DNA from: Patescibacteria group bacterium
GTDB taxonomy: Bacteria > Patescibacteriota > UBA1384 > XYA2-FULL-43-10 > 1-14-0-10-43-13
Length of the DNA stretch: 64,000 nucleotides
Direction of reading: 5' to 3'
Assembly (NCBI GenBank): GCA_041666325.1
Contig: JBAYHC010000003.1
Coordinates: 159,102-223,101 of the forward strand
This document shows, one piece after another, positions 39,322 to 51,028 of the stretch; position 1 is the stretch's first letter, and every line of letters begins with the position of its first letter. The position numbers and the translations under genes were made by a program. Under the pieces are notes generated by a model, which did no database searches, was not told the DNA's origin, and saw only the letters and a list, made by a program, of their open reading frames with translations.

Positions 39322-40060
39322 ATCCGGAAACATTTTGGAGAAAGCGTTCACTCTTAACGTTTGATTCCAATATGTCTCTGATATAGGCAGAGAGGAGCAC
39401 TGCCGCTTCGTCGGCCAATGATGATTCAACATTCAAATGACCGATAAGACCAAAACCTTTTTCCTCGATGATTCTGAAAAATTTAATCAGATTGTCAGAT
39501 ACAGCGTAACCATGACGAAATAGCCTTTGGCACTCTGAGCAAATTATGCCGCCCTCCAAACCGTCCCAGAAATTGTTGCCTGGCTTCAGTTGCACATGAC
39601 AATGGCGGCAGTGAGATAGCTCGGGCCAAAAACCAGCTTGTTTCAGAAGGCCGATCTCAAAGACACGCAGAACCAATGGATCTTCGGTTGTTGCCAAACT
39701 CTGCAGGCTTTGCACCAAAAGAGAGAAAACCTCGGAGGATTTTAGTTCTTCCTTCTCGAACCTATCCACCAACTCTCCGACATAAAAAGCATTGGCAATT
39801 TTTCTTATATCTGTCTGGATTAGGGAAAAATCTGACTTAATTGAAGCGCCTGTGACGGTAAAAAATGTGCGACCTGGATAAAGCTGAAGATCAACAAGCA
39901 TAAACGGTTCAAGGCTACCAGCAAGCCGCGCTGAGATTTTGCGCACACCGCGAGCCATCGCCTTAACTTTGCCAAAACGCTCAGTAAATATAGTCAGGAT
40001 TCTATCTGCTTCAGAAAAATCTTGCCGCTTGATGACTATCCCCAACGTCTTTTGATTCAT
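39320..40060 (-). CDS. recO: DNA repair protein RecO
   Basis: FSEADRILTIFTERFGKV..MARGVRK; CRHC..CSEC. Confidence 0.93.
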   Translation of the reverse strand: MNQKTLGIVIKRQDFSEADRILTIFTERFGKVKAMARGVRKISARLAGSLEPFMLVDLQLYPGRTFFTVTGASIKSDFSLIQTDIRKIANAFYVGELVDRFEKEELKSSEVFSLLVQSLQSLATTEDPLVLRVFEIGLLKQAGFWPELSHCRHCHVQLKPGNNFWDGLEGGIICSECQRLFRHGYAVSDNLIKFFRIIEEKGFGLIGHLNVESSLADEAAVLLSAYIRDILESNVKSERFLQNVSG

Positions 40061-40173
40061 GCCGTTAGTATATCAGAAAGCTGATCTCGGCAACGTTTGA
40101 TTTTTTGACAATATTGATTTTCAGAGAACAAAAAAAGGGACGCGGATGCGCCCCAACAATATTGAGCAATAAT

Positions 40174-40560
40174 CTAACCGCGGAATGCGCAGGCAAGCTT
40201 GGCAGCGTCGCCCCTGTCCGTACAATAAAGAGGGTCGCCACTATCTGGCGCATGAAGCACGAACGGTTCGCAGCCGGCGTAGCCGACATGTCCACGATCC
40301 AAGTCACGGGTTAACCTACCAATGGCAATAAGCGCGGTCAGAGCTACGGGGTAAGCTTCAGGGTTGCAATCACGCATTGTCTTTAGGCTAGTCCAATCAA
40401 TCATGATCTTGCCTTCCCCGCAATCGTCCAGCATGAGCATTAAAACGAGATCGTAACAGCTTCCAATCAATCCGAGGCGATCAGACGCTTCCTCTGCTTC
40501 CGCTGTCTCTGGAACATCAAATGGATAGCCACCAACAACAATGCTCCTTGCTATTTTCAA
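40174..40560 (-). CDS. Hypothetical protein (Cys-containing)
   Basis: GGAGGAG SD before TTG; promoter TTGCAA-17-TAATAT (40676-40648). Confidence 0.6.
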   Translation of the reverse strand: MKIARSIVVGGYPFDVPETAEAEEASDRLGLIGSCYDLVLMLMLDDCGEGKIMIDWTSLKTMRDCNPEAYPVALTALIAIGRLTRDLDRGHVGYAGCEPFVLHAPDSGDPLYCTDRGDAAKLACAFRG

Positions 40561-40746
40561 TCGCTCCTCCTCTCAGGACCATCGGTCCCAGATCGATGCC
40601 ATGGCTAAGGGCAACACACCCTTCGTCCCTAGCTTGCATAGCACATGATATTACCACTTGCCGAGTATGGTTGCAAACTAACTTATACTTAGAAAATTAA
40701 AAGACAGCTGTTTTGGGCTGTCTTTTAATTGCTTCGGCCTGTACGG

Positions 40747-41238
40747 TTAGGCGATCAACTGTTTAATTTGGGAAAAATTCTTACTTGCCAGATATTGATT
40801 GGATGCCCATTTTTCGCTGGTTATCTCTCGTCCCAACCAGCTGGGTAAAGAAAAATCCCTCTTCAGATCCTCATCAGGGAAAACAACCTCGGCGAGTACC
40901 AGTCCCGTCAAATTCCCCTCGAAAACATCTATCCGAAGCTCCATCCCCTCGTCGCCGGCCATGTAGTAATAGCGTTTTTTTCGCAACTGTTTTATCGTTA
41001 TATCAAAAATCTTCTTAAATTCTTCCTTGGAGATGTGCACGTTGGCATACTCTCGATAACTTAAATCACCGGGAATCGGAATCGATTTATGTGTTAGTGA
41101 AAATTCATCACCTCTTTTGCGAACTCTGACAGCATCGGGCGAATCTGTCAAATAGCCCTGTTCAATCTTCTCAAACCTCTTCTCGGTTGTATCTTTCGGC
41201 AACTCCCTAACAAGATAGGTTGCCTCTATGCGCATCAT
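40747..41238 (-). CDS. CYTH-domain protein (degenerate)
   Basis: IEQGYL, VRVRK, RYY, IDVFEGNLTGLVLAEV, PSWLGREIT...SN. Confidence 0.85.
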   Translation of the reverse strand: MMRIEATYLVRELPKDTTEKRFEKIEQGYLTDSPDAVRVRKRGDEFSLTHKSIPIPGDLSYREYANVHISKEEFKKIFDITIKQLRKKRYYYMAGDEGMELRIDVFEGNLTGLVLAEVVFPDEDLKRDFSLPSWLGREITSEKWASNQYLASKNFSQIKQLIA

Positions 41239-41290
41239 ATTGCCTCCTTTTAAGTCTACTGATCAACTTGGTCTCATTCACAAAGTTTAC

Positions 41291-42043
41291 CTAGGAACCC
41301 AGAGCATCTTCGACAATTTTTAATTGATCAGGGTTATTGATACCAAGAGCTTCGCTCTCCTTCGATACTGGCACAGATATTATTTTTCTACCCTGGCCTG
41401 CTGCAACCCTAACCATATCAGTTAAATAGTACTCTTTCTGGACGTTCCTGGTATCCAATTTATCCAAATTCTCCCATAGCCACGGTGCATCAAAAACATA
41501 GAAGCACGGATTGCACTCTTTTATCTTAAGTTGCTCAGCGCTACAGTCTTTCTGCTCTACACTATTAATGACATTCCCGGAGCTATCCTTGATCAACCGA
41601 CCGTAAACCCAAAACTCAGGGTCTTCAAATTCGACTGACAACATTGCTATGGTTGGTTGCTCCCTCTCGTAAGCGTCCAACAAGCGTTTGATCGTCTCTG
41701 TCTTAAACATCGGCATATCACCATAGCAAACTATAACCATGTCTGATTCACCCCGAAGCAGTTCTTTTGCCTGAGCCACAGCATGGCCAGTGCCAAGTTG
41801 TTCATCCTGAACAGCGTAGATAACCTCATCCCCAAGATATTCTTCGACCATCTCTTTGTGGTAGCCAACAACCACAGCAATCAACAGGACCCCCGCATTC
41901 CGCACATGATCAACGGAATATCTAATCATCGGCACACCATTAACAGGAAACATAACCTTTGGGATAAGGGAACTCTCGCCGTCATTCATTCTTGTTCCTT
42001 TGCCCGCTGCCAAAATTACCGCCGAAACTTTCTTCATGTCCAT
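41291..42043 (-). CDS. Stand-alone GlmU-N-like sugar-1-phosphate uridylyltransferase
   Basis: LAAGKGTRM, PK, QLGTGHAV, YGD.P, YGR, NVQKEYYLTD, GINN; no hexapeptide acetyltransferase domain. Confidence 0.88.
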   Translation of the reverse strand: MDMKKVSAVILAAGKGTRMNDGESSLIPKVMFPVNGVPMIRYSVDHVRNAGVLLIAVVVGYHKEMVEEYLGDEVIYAVQDEQLGTGHAVAQAKELLRGESDMVIVCYGDMPMFKTETIKRLLDAYEREQPTIAMLSVEFEDPEFWVYGRLIKDSSGNVINSVEQKDCSAEQLKIKECNPCFYVFDAPWLWENLDKLDTRNVQKEYYLTDMVRVAAGQGRKIISVPVSKESEALGINNPDQLKIVEDALGS

Positions 42044-42079
42044 CCTTCTTATTTTGATAACCTCGCCCTCGCGCTGATA

Positions 42080-42979
42080 TTATTTCTGGCAGGCAGGACA
42101 ATAGTGCGTCCCGCGACCGCCCAGGGTAATCCGCTCAATCAGTCCGCCACAATTTTCCGGACACGGCTGACCATCCCGACGGTAAACCTTCAGAAAATTC
42201 TGCATCCCACCTTTTTTGCCCTCTGAGTCAACATAGTCGCTGTCAGTCGTTCCGCGATTCTTGATTGCCAGCCCCAGTATCTCAACAACACTCTGCCTCA
42301 AATTTTGCCATTCGAGAGGAGATATCTCCTTTACTGGTCGCAACGGCGATATCCTAGCAGCAAAAAGAGACTCGTCGGCATAAATATTGCCAATACCGGC
42401 AATTATCTTTTGGTCGGTTAGAAACTGTTTGATCTTCCGTCTCGGCAAGCGTTTCGCCTGTGCCGCAAGGTATGGAACAGTAAAATCTGGCAAGGCCTGT
42501 CCCGAGTCAGAGTCGATGGGCTCTGGCCCATATTCATCCATAAATATCTTCGCTACCTGTTCGTCAGTTAGAACTTTGCACCAACCGAACATTCTCAAAT
42601 CATTAAAGAATAGCTTCGCTTTATCATCAAAAGTAAACACAAGACGGGTGGCGCTATTGGGTAGGTCGGCGTGCCAATCATGAGACGGATGTCCGCCGGC
42701 GAAAGAGTCTCGTATTTCGTATTTCGTATTACGTATTTCGGGACGATAGATCAATTGTCCGGTCATCTTAAGGTGAAAGAGCAAATTTGTACCGCCAGAA
42801 AGTTGTACACGCAAAACCTTGGCTCGACGATCCACGGCTAAAATCTTTCGCCCGACAACATCCTCTCGCTTTCCAATCAATCGGCGAGGACCCAAAACAT
42901 CAATCGCTTGAATTACCTTGCCGATGATCTTGTCCTGCAAACCTCGCTTGATTGTTTCCACTTCGGGTAATTCTGGCAC
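42080..42979 (-). CDS. mutM: Formamidopyrimidine-DNA glycosylase
   Basis: GTG-PELPEVET, HLKMTG, GIGNIYADE, C4 Zn finger. Confidence 0.96.
   Translation of the reverse strand: MPELPEVETIKRGLQDKIIGKVIQAIDVLGPRRLIGKREDVVGRKILAVDRRAKVLRVQLSGGTNLLFHLKMTGQLIYRPEIRNTKYEIRDSFAGGHPSHDWHADLPNSATRLVFTFDDKAKLFFNDLRMFGWCKVLTDEQVAKIFMDEYGPEPIDSDSGQALPDFTVPYLAAQAKRLPRRKIKQFLTDQKIIAGIGNIYADESLFAARISPLRPVKEISPLEWQNLRQSVVEILGLAIKNRGTTDSDYVDSEGKKGGMQNFLKVYRRDGQPCPENCGGLIERITLGGRGTHYCPACQK
42711..42740 (+). repeat. Heptamer tandem repeat (CGTATTT)x4 inside mutM
   Basis: CGTATTT CGTATTT CGTATTA CGTATTT CG. Confidence 0.85.
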
Positions 42980-43166
42980 AAGGCTCCTTTCAGTCGTAAG
43001 TAACAATTTACAAGACACAAACGGCAAATCACCGTTCCGAGCCAGACCCCGCCAAAGGCGGTGACAAATTTCAATATTCAGTACTTAAGTGTTAAACAGC
43101 CTGGATATTGATGGATTGGTTGCTGGGCACTGTCCGCCCGGAAGGGTCCCCTTCTGGTATCTTCGA

Positions 43167-43814
43167 CTATTTACTATGTATTTCAAATCGATCAATTAGT
43201 TCTCCGAGCTGTGTAAAATTACTGATTGCAATATTGCCAAATTCGACAGTCGGCTCCATAGGATCGGACTGCTGTCCGATCCTATTTATTTCAATCGCTA
43301 ATGAATTTGCAAATTTCTTAGCAACGTTCTGCACCGAATCTCCCCTGTCATCAATAAAAATAAACGGATCGCTTTGCCCTACAAGCTCATCCAGATACAG
43401 CCACTTCTGTTCATCGGTAAGATAGACGTTATCAAAGTAATGCGATATAGATGAGCTCACTATCTTCACTCTCTGAAAATCCTTGTCGCCCATACTCAAG
43501 AGATAGAGGCCAAACTTCTCCCTGTCAACCGCCCGTAAGAACTGAATCGCATCTTCAAATATCATGTCCTTGGCCTGATGATAAAGACGTTGAAGTAAGT
43601 AATGGGCAGTGGCCCTGTCTCCCAGCTCCATCTCGGACAGAAGATCAAGTTGCTTGACCGGAGAGTACCTGTAATCCGAACACGCGATCTCGTAGGCTTT
43701 TTCAATATTAGAGTAAGAAAACCCAGACTTCGCCAAGGTGCTCCATATCAAAGCCTTAAATGAATCCGTATCAAAAATCGTTCCATCAAAATCAATAAAA
43801 ATCTTGGTTTTCAT
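43167..43814 (-). CDS. HAD-family hydrolase
   Basis: FIDFDGTIFDT; FIDD. Confidence 0.88.
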   Translation of the reverse strand: MKTKIFIDFDGTIFDTDSFKALIWSTLAKSGFSYSNIEKAYEIACSDYRYSPVKQLDLLSEMELGDRATAHYLLQRLYHQAKDMIFEDAIQFLRAVDREKFGLYLLSMGDKDFQRVKIVSSSISHYFDNVYLTDEQKWLYLDELVGQSDPFIFIDDRGDSVQNVAKKFANSLAIEINRIGQQSDPMEPTVEFGNIAISNFTQLGELIDRFEIHSK

Positions 43815-43873
43815 TGTCTAAATCTTACCTCATTTACCACCATGATGCCAACCCAAATCGAATAAACTCACGC

Positions 43874-43902
43874 TTGACAAATATTTTAGTTTTAACTACG
43901 AT
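43874..43902 (+). promoter_or_regulatory. Sigma70 promoter overlapping palindrome TAGTTTTAACTA (possible PadR operator)
   Basis: TTGACA-17-TACGAT. Confidence 0.6.
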
Positions 43903-44157
43903 AAAGTTACTACGACTAGCGATGCTAAAAACAAAAAGACGCGCAGTATCCGATAAAACAAAACGACCGAGGGAACGGTCTTTTTAGTTACTAAATCCCT
44001 ACAAAATTACCCGTCTCGGCCGAGACCCGAGCCAAGGTCGGACAAATTCGACGAAAATACCAAATTACGAATTCCCTAGAGGTGATGATTAAGATTCGTA
44101 CTTTCGTAATTTCGATCAATTCGTAATTTGGTCAGGGATAATTCCGAAAGAATTATT

Positions 44158-44502
44158 ATGGATCTGACATCAGAAGGCTACTGGAGGAAACTGATTAACC
44201 AAGGACTAATCCGGTTCTTTCTTTTAAAGGTGCTGTACAAAGACAAAGAAAGCTATGGCTATCGCTTGGTTAAACGCGTCGAAGAACTCTCGGAAGGCAC
44301 CTGCAGACCGACTGAATCGACAATCTATCCTGCTCTCGATCAGCTCTATCGTGAAAATTATGTCACTGTAATGGAAATCTCCGTTGGCTCTCGCATCAGA
44401 AAAGTTTATGCACTAACAGATCGAGGCCGTGCTGCCTACCGTGCCGCCGCTAAATCATACGGCGAAATTATCCCTCTTCTTCGCCAAGCAATTATGCTCT
44501 AA
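44158..44502 (+). CDS. PadR-family transcriptional regulator
   Basis: SYGYRL, ESTIYPAL, RKVYALTDRG. Confidence 0.9.
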   Translation: MDLTSEGYWRKLINQGLIRFFLLKVLYKDKESYGYRLVKRVEELSEGTCRPTESTIYPALDQLYRENYVTVMEISVGSRIRKVYALTDRGRAAYRAAAKSYGEIIPLLRQAIML

Positions 44503-44584
44503 TGTAATTTTCTGGGATTGCCAAAATTGATCTCCTGGGCTATATTTTATATGGTTCAAAAACACTCCCGAAAGGAGACGCACC

Positions 44585-45139
44585 TTGACCAACAGAATTG
44601 CGGTCGTGGGGGACTTCTTGCCGCAAACAGGCTGGACCAAAGAGGCACAGCTCGTAGTTTGGGCGGAAGTCCATCGCCGCCGACAAGCGAATGATCCGAT
44701 GCTTGATATTGATATCGTAGCTTTTTGCCAAACCTGGCCATTAGATGACCGCAAGTTTGGCGGAAACCAACAGACAGACTATTGGAAGTCGGCCATGGAT
44801 ATAGTCTTTCCAAATGCCGGTTTCCTGGTGGTCTTTGCCTTTCAGAAGTATGCCCATCCGCCACACCCCGGATTAACTTCTCATCCTGGCTACATCTCAA
44901 CCGAATATTACTATGGTCCGTTCCATCAAGATGCCCACCACCTGGTTGAGTTTATCAATAGCCTCTCACCAACCATTACCCGCTGGCAGTCACAATGGCA
45001 GATCTCCTGCCCGCATTGTCAGGTGAGAGTTCTGCTCAACCGAACAAAGTTTTGCGCCTATCATTGGCACAGAGCATATCCTACTACCAGCTTTGATTGC
45101 CCGTGCCCTCATTGCGGTCAGTCTCTTTCCATCATATAG
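44585..45139 (+). CDS. Hypothetical protein with C-terminal CPHC...CPHC Zn ribbon
   Basis: AAAGGAG SD, TTG start, promoter TTGCCA-17-TATATT (44518-44546), terminator 45163-45187. Confidence 0.65.
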   Translation: MTNRIAVVGDFLPQTGWTKEAQLVVWAEVHRRRQANDPMLDIDIVAFCQTWPLDDRKFGGNQQTDYWKSAMDIVFPNAGFLVVFAFQKYAHPPHPGLTSHPGYISTEYYYGPFHQDAHHLVEFINSLSPTITRWQSQWQISCPHCQVRVLLNRTKFCAYHWHRAYPTTSFDCPCPHCGQSLSII

Positions 45140-45205
45140 CACGCATTCCCTAACTTGCCGTTGCCCTCCTGACCAGAGGGCTTTTTTGTATAAAAAAATG
45201 GCTTT

Positions 45206-45325
<120 letters not shown>

Positions 45326-45544
45326 AAAACCATTTTATCAATACTGAATAGTAAATATCTTTTCCAGATGAGGTGCCCCGACATTGGAGCACCGATATCT
45401 GAAAAAGCTGAGCTAGATCTCAAGCGACAGCCAAGCCCCACATACCCGACAAAGTCAGGTATCGAGGTAAAGCCACCGCTAAGTATCATATGCGCTCAAA
45501 AGAATAGGATAAATCCAAGAATTGCTCGTCAAAAATTGAGAATA

Positions 45545-48465
<2,921 letters not shown>

Positions 48466-48728
48466 TTCTCTAGAGGTCAACGCCATTGCATAGCACTGAA
48501 AACCGCAAAGCGACAAAGACCCAAAACCGAAAATTTCGATTTTGGTATTTTGGGGTTTTTGGGATCCTCGGTGCTATGCATTGGGCTGACTTATTTGACG
48601 AGCAATTGCTGAATTTAATTTCACACTAATTGCTCAATCATTCCCTGATCTCTTTAAGCTTGAGATCCACGGGAATATGTCGGAAGAATTCTTGGTGAAT
48701 TATCTATTCTTCACTTTACTATTCTAGA

Positions 48729-48740
48729 TTGTCAAAGTGC
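48729..48740 (-). promoter_or_regulatory. rrn boxA-like antiterminator
   Basis: GCACTTTGACAA in the 23S leader. Confidence 0.55.
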
Positions 48741-49221
48741 GAGACAGAATCTTAACATACGAACCCTGAAAAAGAACAGCAATGTTCTCTTCAGAACAAA
48801 AACCCTATCTCGTAATTAAGATCCTAAAACAAATGATAGGGACAACGTCACCTGACTTCCTGCGCCTTGCCCATAATCCCCCCTGTTGTAGCGCTCAATT
48901 ACTGAATTATTCGATGCGCCGCCAGAGCACCAGGCCAGATTTAGAGCGGCAGGGTGATGGTCTTTCAACACACAATCCAAGTTACCATATTCATAATCAT
49001 CCTGTCAAGACTTATTCCCAAGTTTTTTCCAATCTCGTTCAATAACCCTATCTGCATCGCACATGACAAATTTTACCGCCCCCCAACTTTCATCGGCAGA
49101 GCGGCAAAAAAACAAACACCTGGGTAATAAAACGCATAGAGCGACAAGGCCATCAATAGATTTGCTCATTTTCATCTAATCGAAAAAATCTGCAGCAAAG
49201 ATAGTGACCAAGATGGCACAG

Positions 49222-49662
49222 TTACTTTGAGGATTGTTGGTCGATTGCCTCACTGATTTTCGAGTCGCCCCTAATATCCTCATAGTAAAGGATTTGGTCC
49301 CGATTAATGTACATTACTCCTTCGGGGCCATGGATCTCGCTTCCAAGTTTGACCAATGAAAGATTCTTTGCAGCGCTTGATCCGGAGCCGCTGAGGTTCG
49401 ATTGGTTCTCATCCCTTAGCTTGGCCAAATCCTCTGGCTTGAAATAGTATACATCCCGAAGCACCACTATCTGCTGGTCAGCGTTTGAAACATGACCAAA
49501 GTACATCTGACCATTTGTGAGAAAAACGGCCTGCTTCTTTGCATTGGCCCCTTGTGTCGTTTCCGGCCGCGAAGAACGACGAGAGCCATAAAGTCTATAC
49601 CCATAATAGCTAGCGACTCCAACCAAGACCAAAACCGAGATTGTCAGCACAAATTTTTTCAT
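49222..49662 (-). CDS. Conserved hypothetical membrane-anchored protein
   Basis: N-terminal TM; QAVFLTNGQMYFG...LVKLGSEIHGPEG.MYINRDQI; AAGGAG SD. Confidence 0.8.
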   Translation of the reverse strand: MKKFVLTISVLVLVGVASYYGYRLYGSRRSSRPETTQGANAKKQAVFLTNGQMYFGHVSNADQQIVVLRDVYYFKPEDLAKLRDENQSNLSGSGSSAAKNLSLVKLGSEIHGPEGVMYINRDQILYYEDIRGDSKISEAIDQQSSK

Positions 49663-49984
49663 AATTCTCCTTGTGTTTCGCATAAAAAGTAAATTTTACT
49701 CTCTGCCGATGAATTATAACCGATAGTTTGTGACGATAATTTAGACAGATTAAACAAAAAACGAAAAATTATTACCTTTTCTTTGTCGTTAAGGCACATT
49801 TATTTGGGTCATTTACTATCAGATACTGAAGTCGAACATGCAGCTTGGATTAACTGGATAAACGAACAAGGGGTGAGCAAGATAGTCTTAATTTTCATTA
49901 TTGAGAATTATTACTCCGGTCGATACCCCCACGACTAACCGAAAAGTCTGCATGGCCATAGATTAGTAAAAATAGGAGAAAGCA

Positions 49985-50959
49985 GTGAATACAATTACAC
50001 GCATTAAGAACGCAACGCGCACCTTGGCCTTGTCTGGTGCACTTGTTCTGACAAGTGGTGCAGGTTTGACAATGGCTGGCTTCAGCAACACTTCGACTAC
50101 AACCAGCGGTACGACAGTATCAGGCAGCAGCTCAACATTGGCTGACATCACGAGTAAAAACCAACTTACCGGACCACAATCACTCAACAAGAATATTACG
50201 AAGATCAATCGCGATCTCAACGTCAAGGTCCTGAACGTTAACCATGAGGACAATTACGTTGATTTTTACCTCAACACTGGCAAGAATGATCTTTTCAAAA
50301 ACACAAAAGTTGAGGACGTATCAACTGGCAGCATCAATGCACGCGTTGCCCTGAATAATAAATCAAACGTTGGCGGCACAAGTGGCAGCACAACCGGCAC
50401 ATCGACACAATCAGTTCTATCAGGCGCTGCAAGCGATCCTGTTCTTAGCAACGCAATCACCGGCCCAGAGTCTGCCAACATCAACAAGGTAGCGCTAAAC
50501 ACTAGCCGCAACCTAGAGATCAAGAACATTGCTGATATCAACAATGATGTTGACATAAATGCCAACACGGGCAAAAACGATGTTATGAAAAACACAGTCG
50601 TTGGAGATGTTTCGACAGGCAACATCAACGTTGCAGGCAGTATCAACAACGTTGCAAACAGCGATCAGTGCATAACCTGCCCTGATTTGTTGGGCCTTTT
50701 CAATGGCAGCGGTAGCGGGGCTGCAAACGTTAGTTCAGACCTTTCTAACAGCACAACCGGTCCAGACTCAGTCAATATCAACAAAGTAAAGGTTAACGAT
50801 TACACGAACGTCGAGGTCAAGAATATCGCCCACATTGACAACAACGTCGATGTTTATGCCAACACAGGCCACAACGATGTTGTGAAAAACACAGTCGTTG
50901 GAGATGTTTCGACAGGTAACGTTAGCGTAGACTTTGCAGTTACCAACCAGGCCAACTAA
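49985..50959 (+). CDS. Secreted Asn/Thr/Gly-rich protein with three ~70-aa repeats
   Basis: AGGAG SD + GTG; signal peptide; TGPxSxN...NTGKN..KNT..GDVSTG repeats. Confidence 0.85.
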   Translation: MNTITRIKNATRTLALSGALVLTSGAGLTMAGFSNTSTTTSGTTVSGSSSTLADITSKNQLTGPQSLNKNITKINRDLNVKVLNVNHEDNYVDFYLNTGKNDLFKNTKVEDVSTGSINARVALNNKSNVGGTSGSTTGTSTQSVLSGAASDPVLSNAITGPESANINKVALNTSRNLEIKNIADINNDVDINANTGKNDVMKNTVVGDVSTGNINVAGSINNVANSDQCITCPDLLGLFNGSGSGAANVSSDLSNSTTGPDSVNINKVKVNDYTNVEVKNIAHIDNNVDVYANTGHNDVVKNTVVGDVSTGNVSVDFAVTNQAN

Positions 50960-50975
50960 CACGCAGATTGACGAA

Positions 50976-50999
50976 GGTTAAGGGTTCACACCCTTAACC
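50976..50999 (+). other. Intercistronic hairpin without U-tract
   Basis: GGTTAAGGG-TTCACA-CCCTTAACC. Confidence 0.6.
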
Positions 51000-51028
51000 G
51001 CGCCAGTCTGTGAAGAATAATCAAGGAT

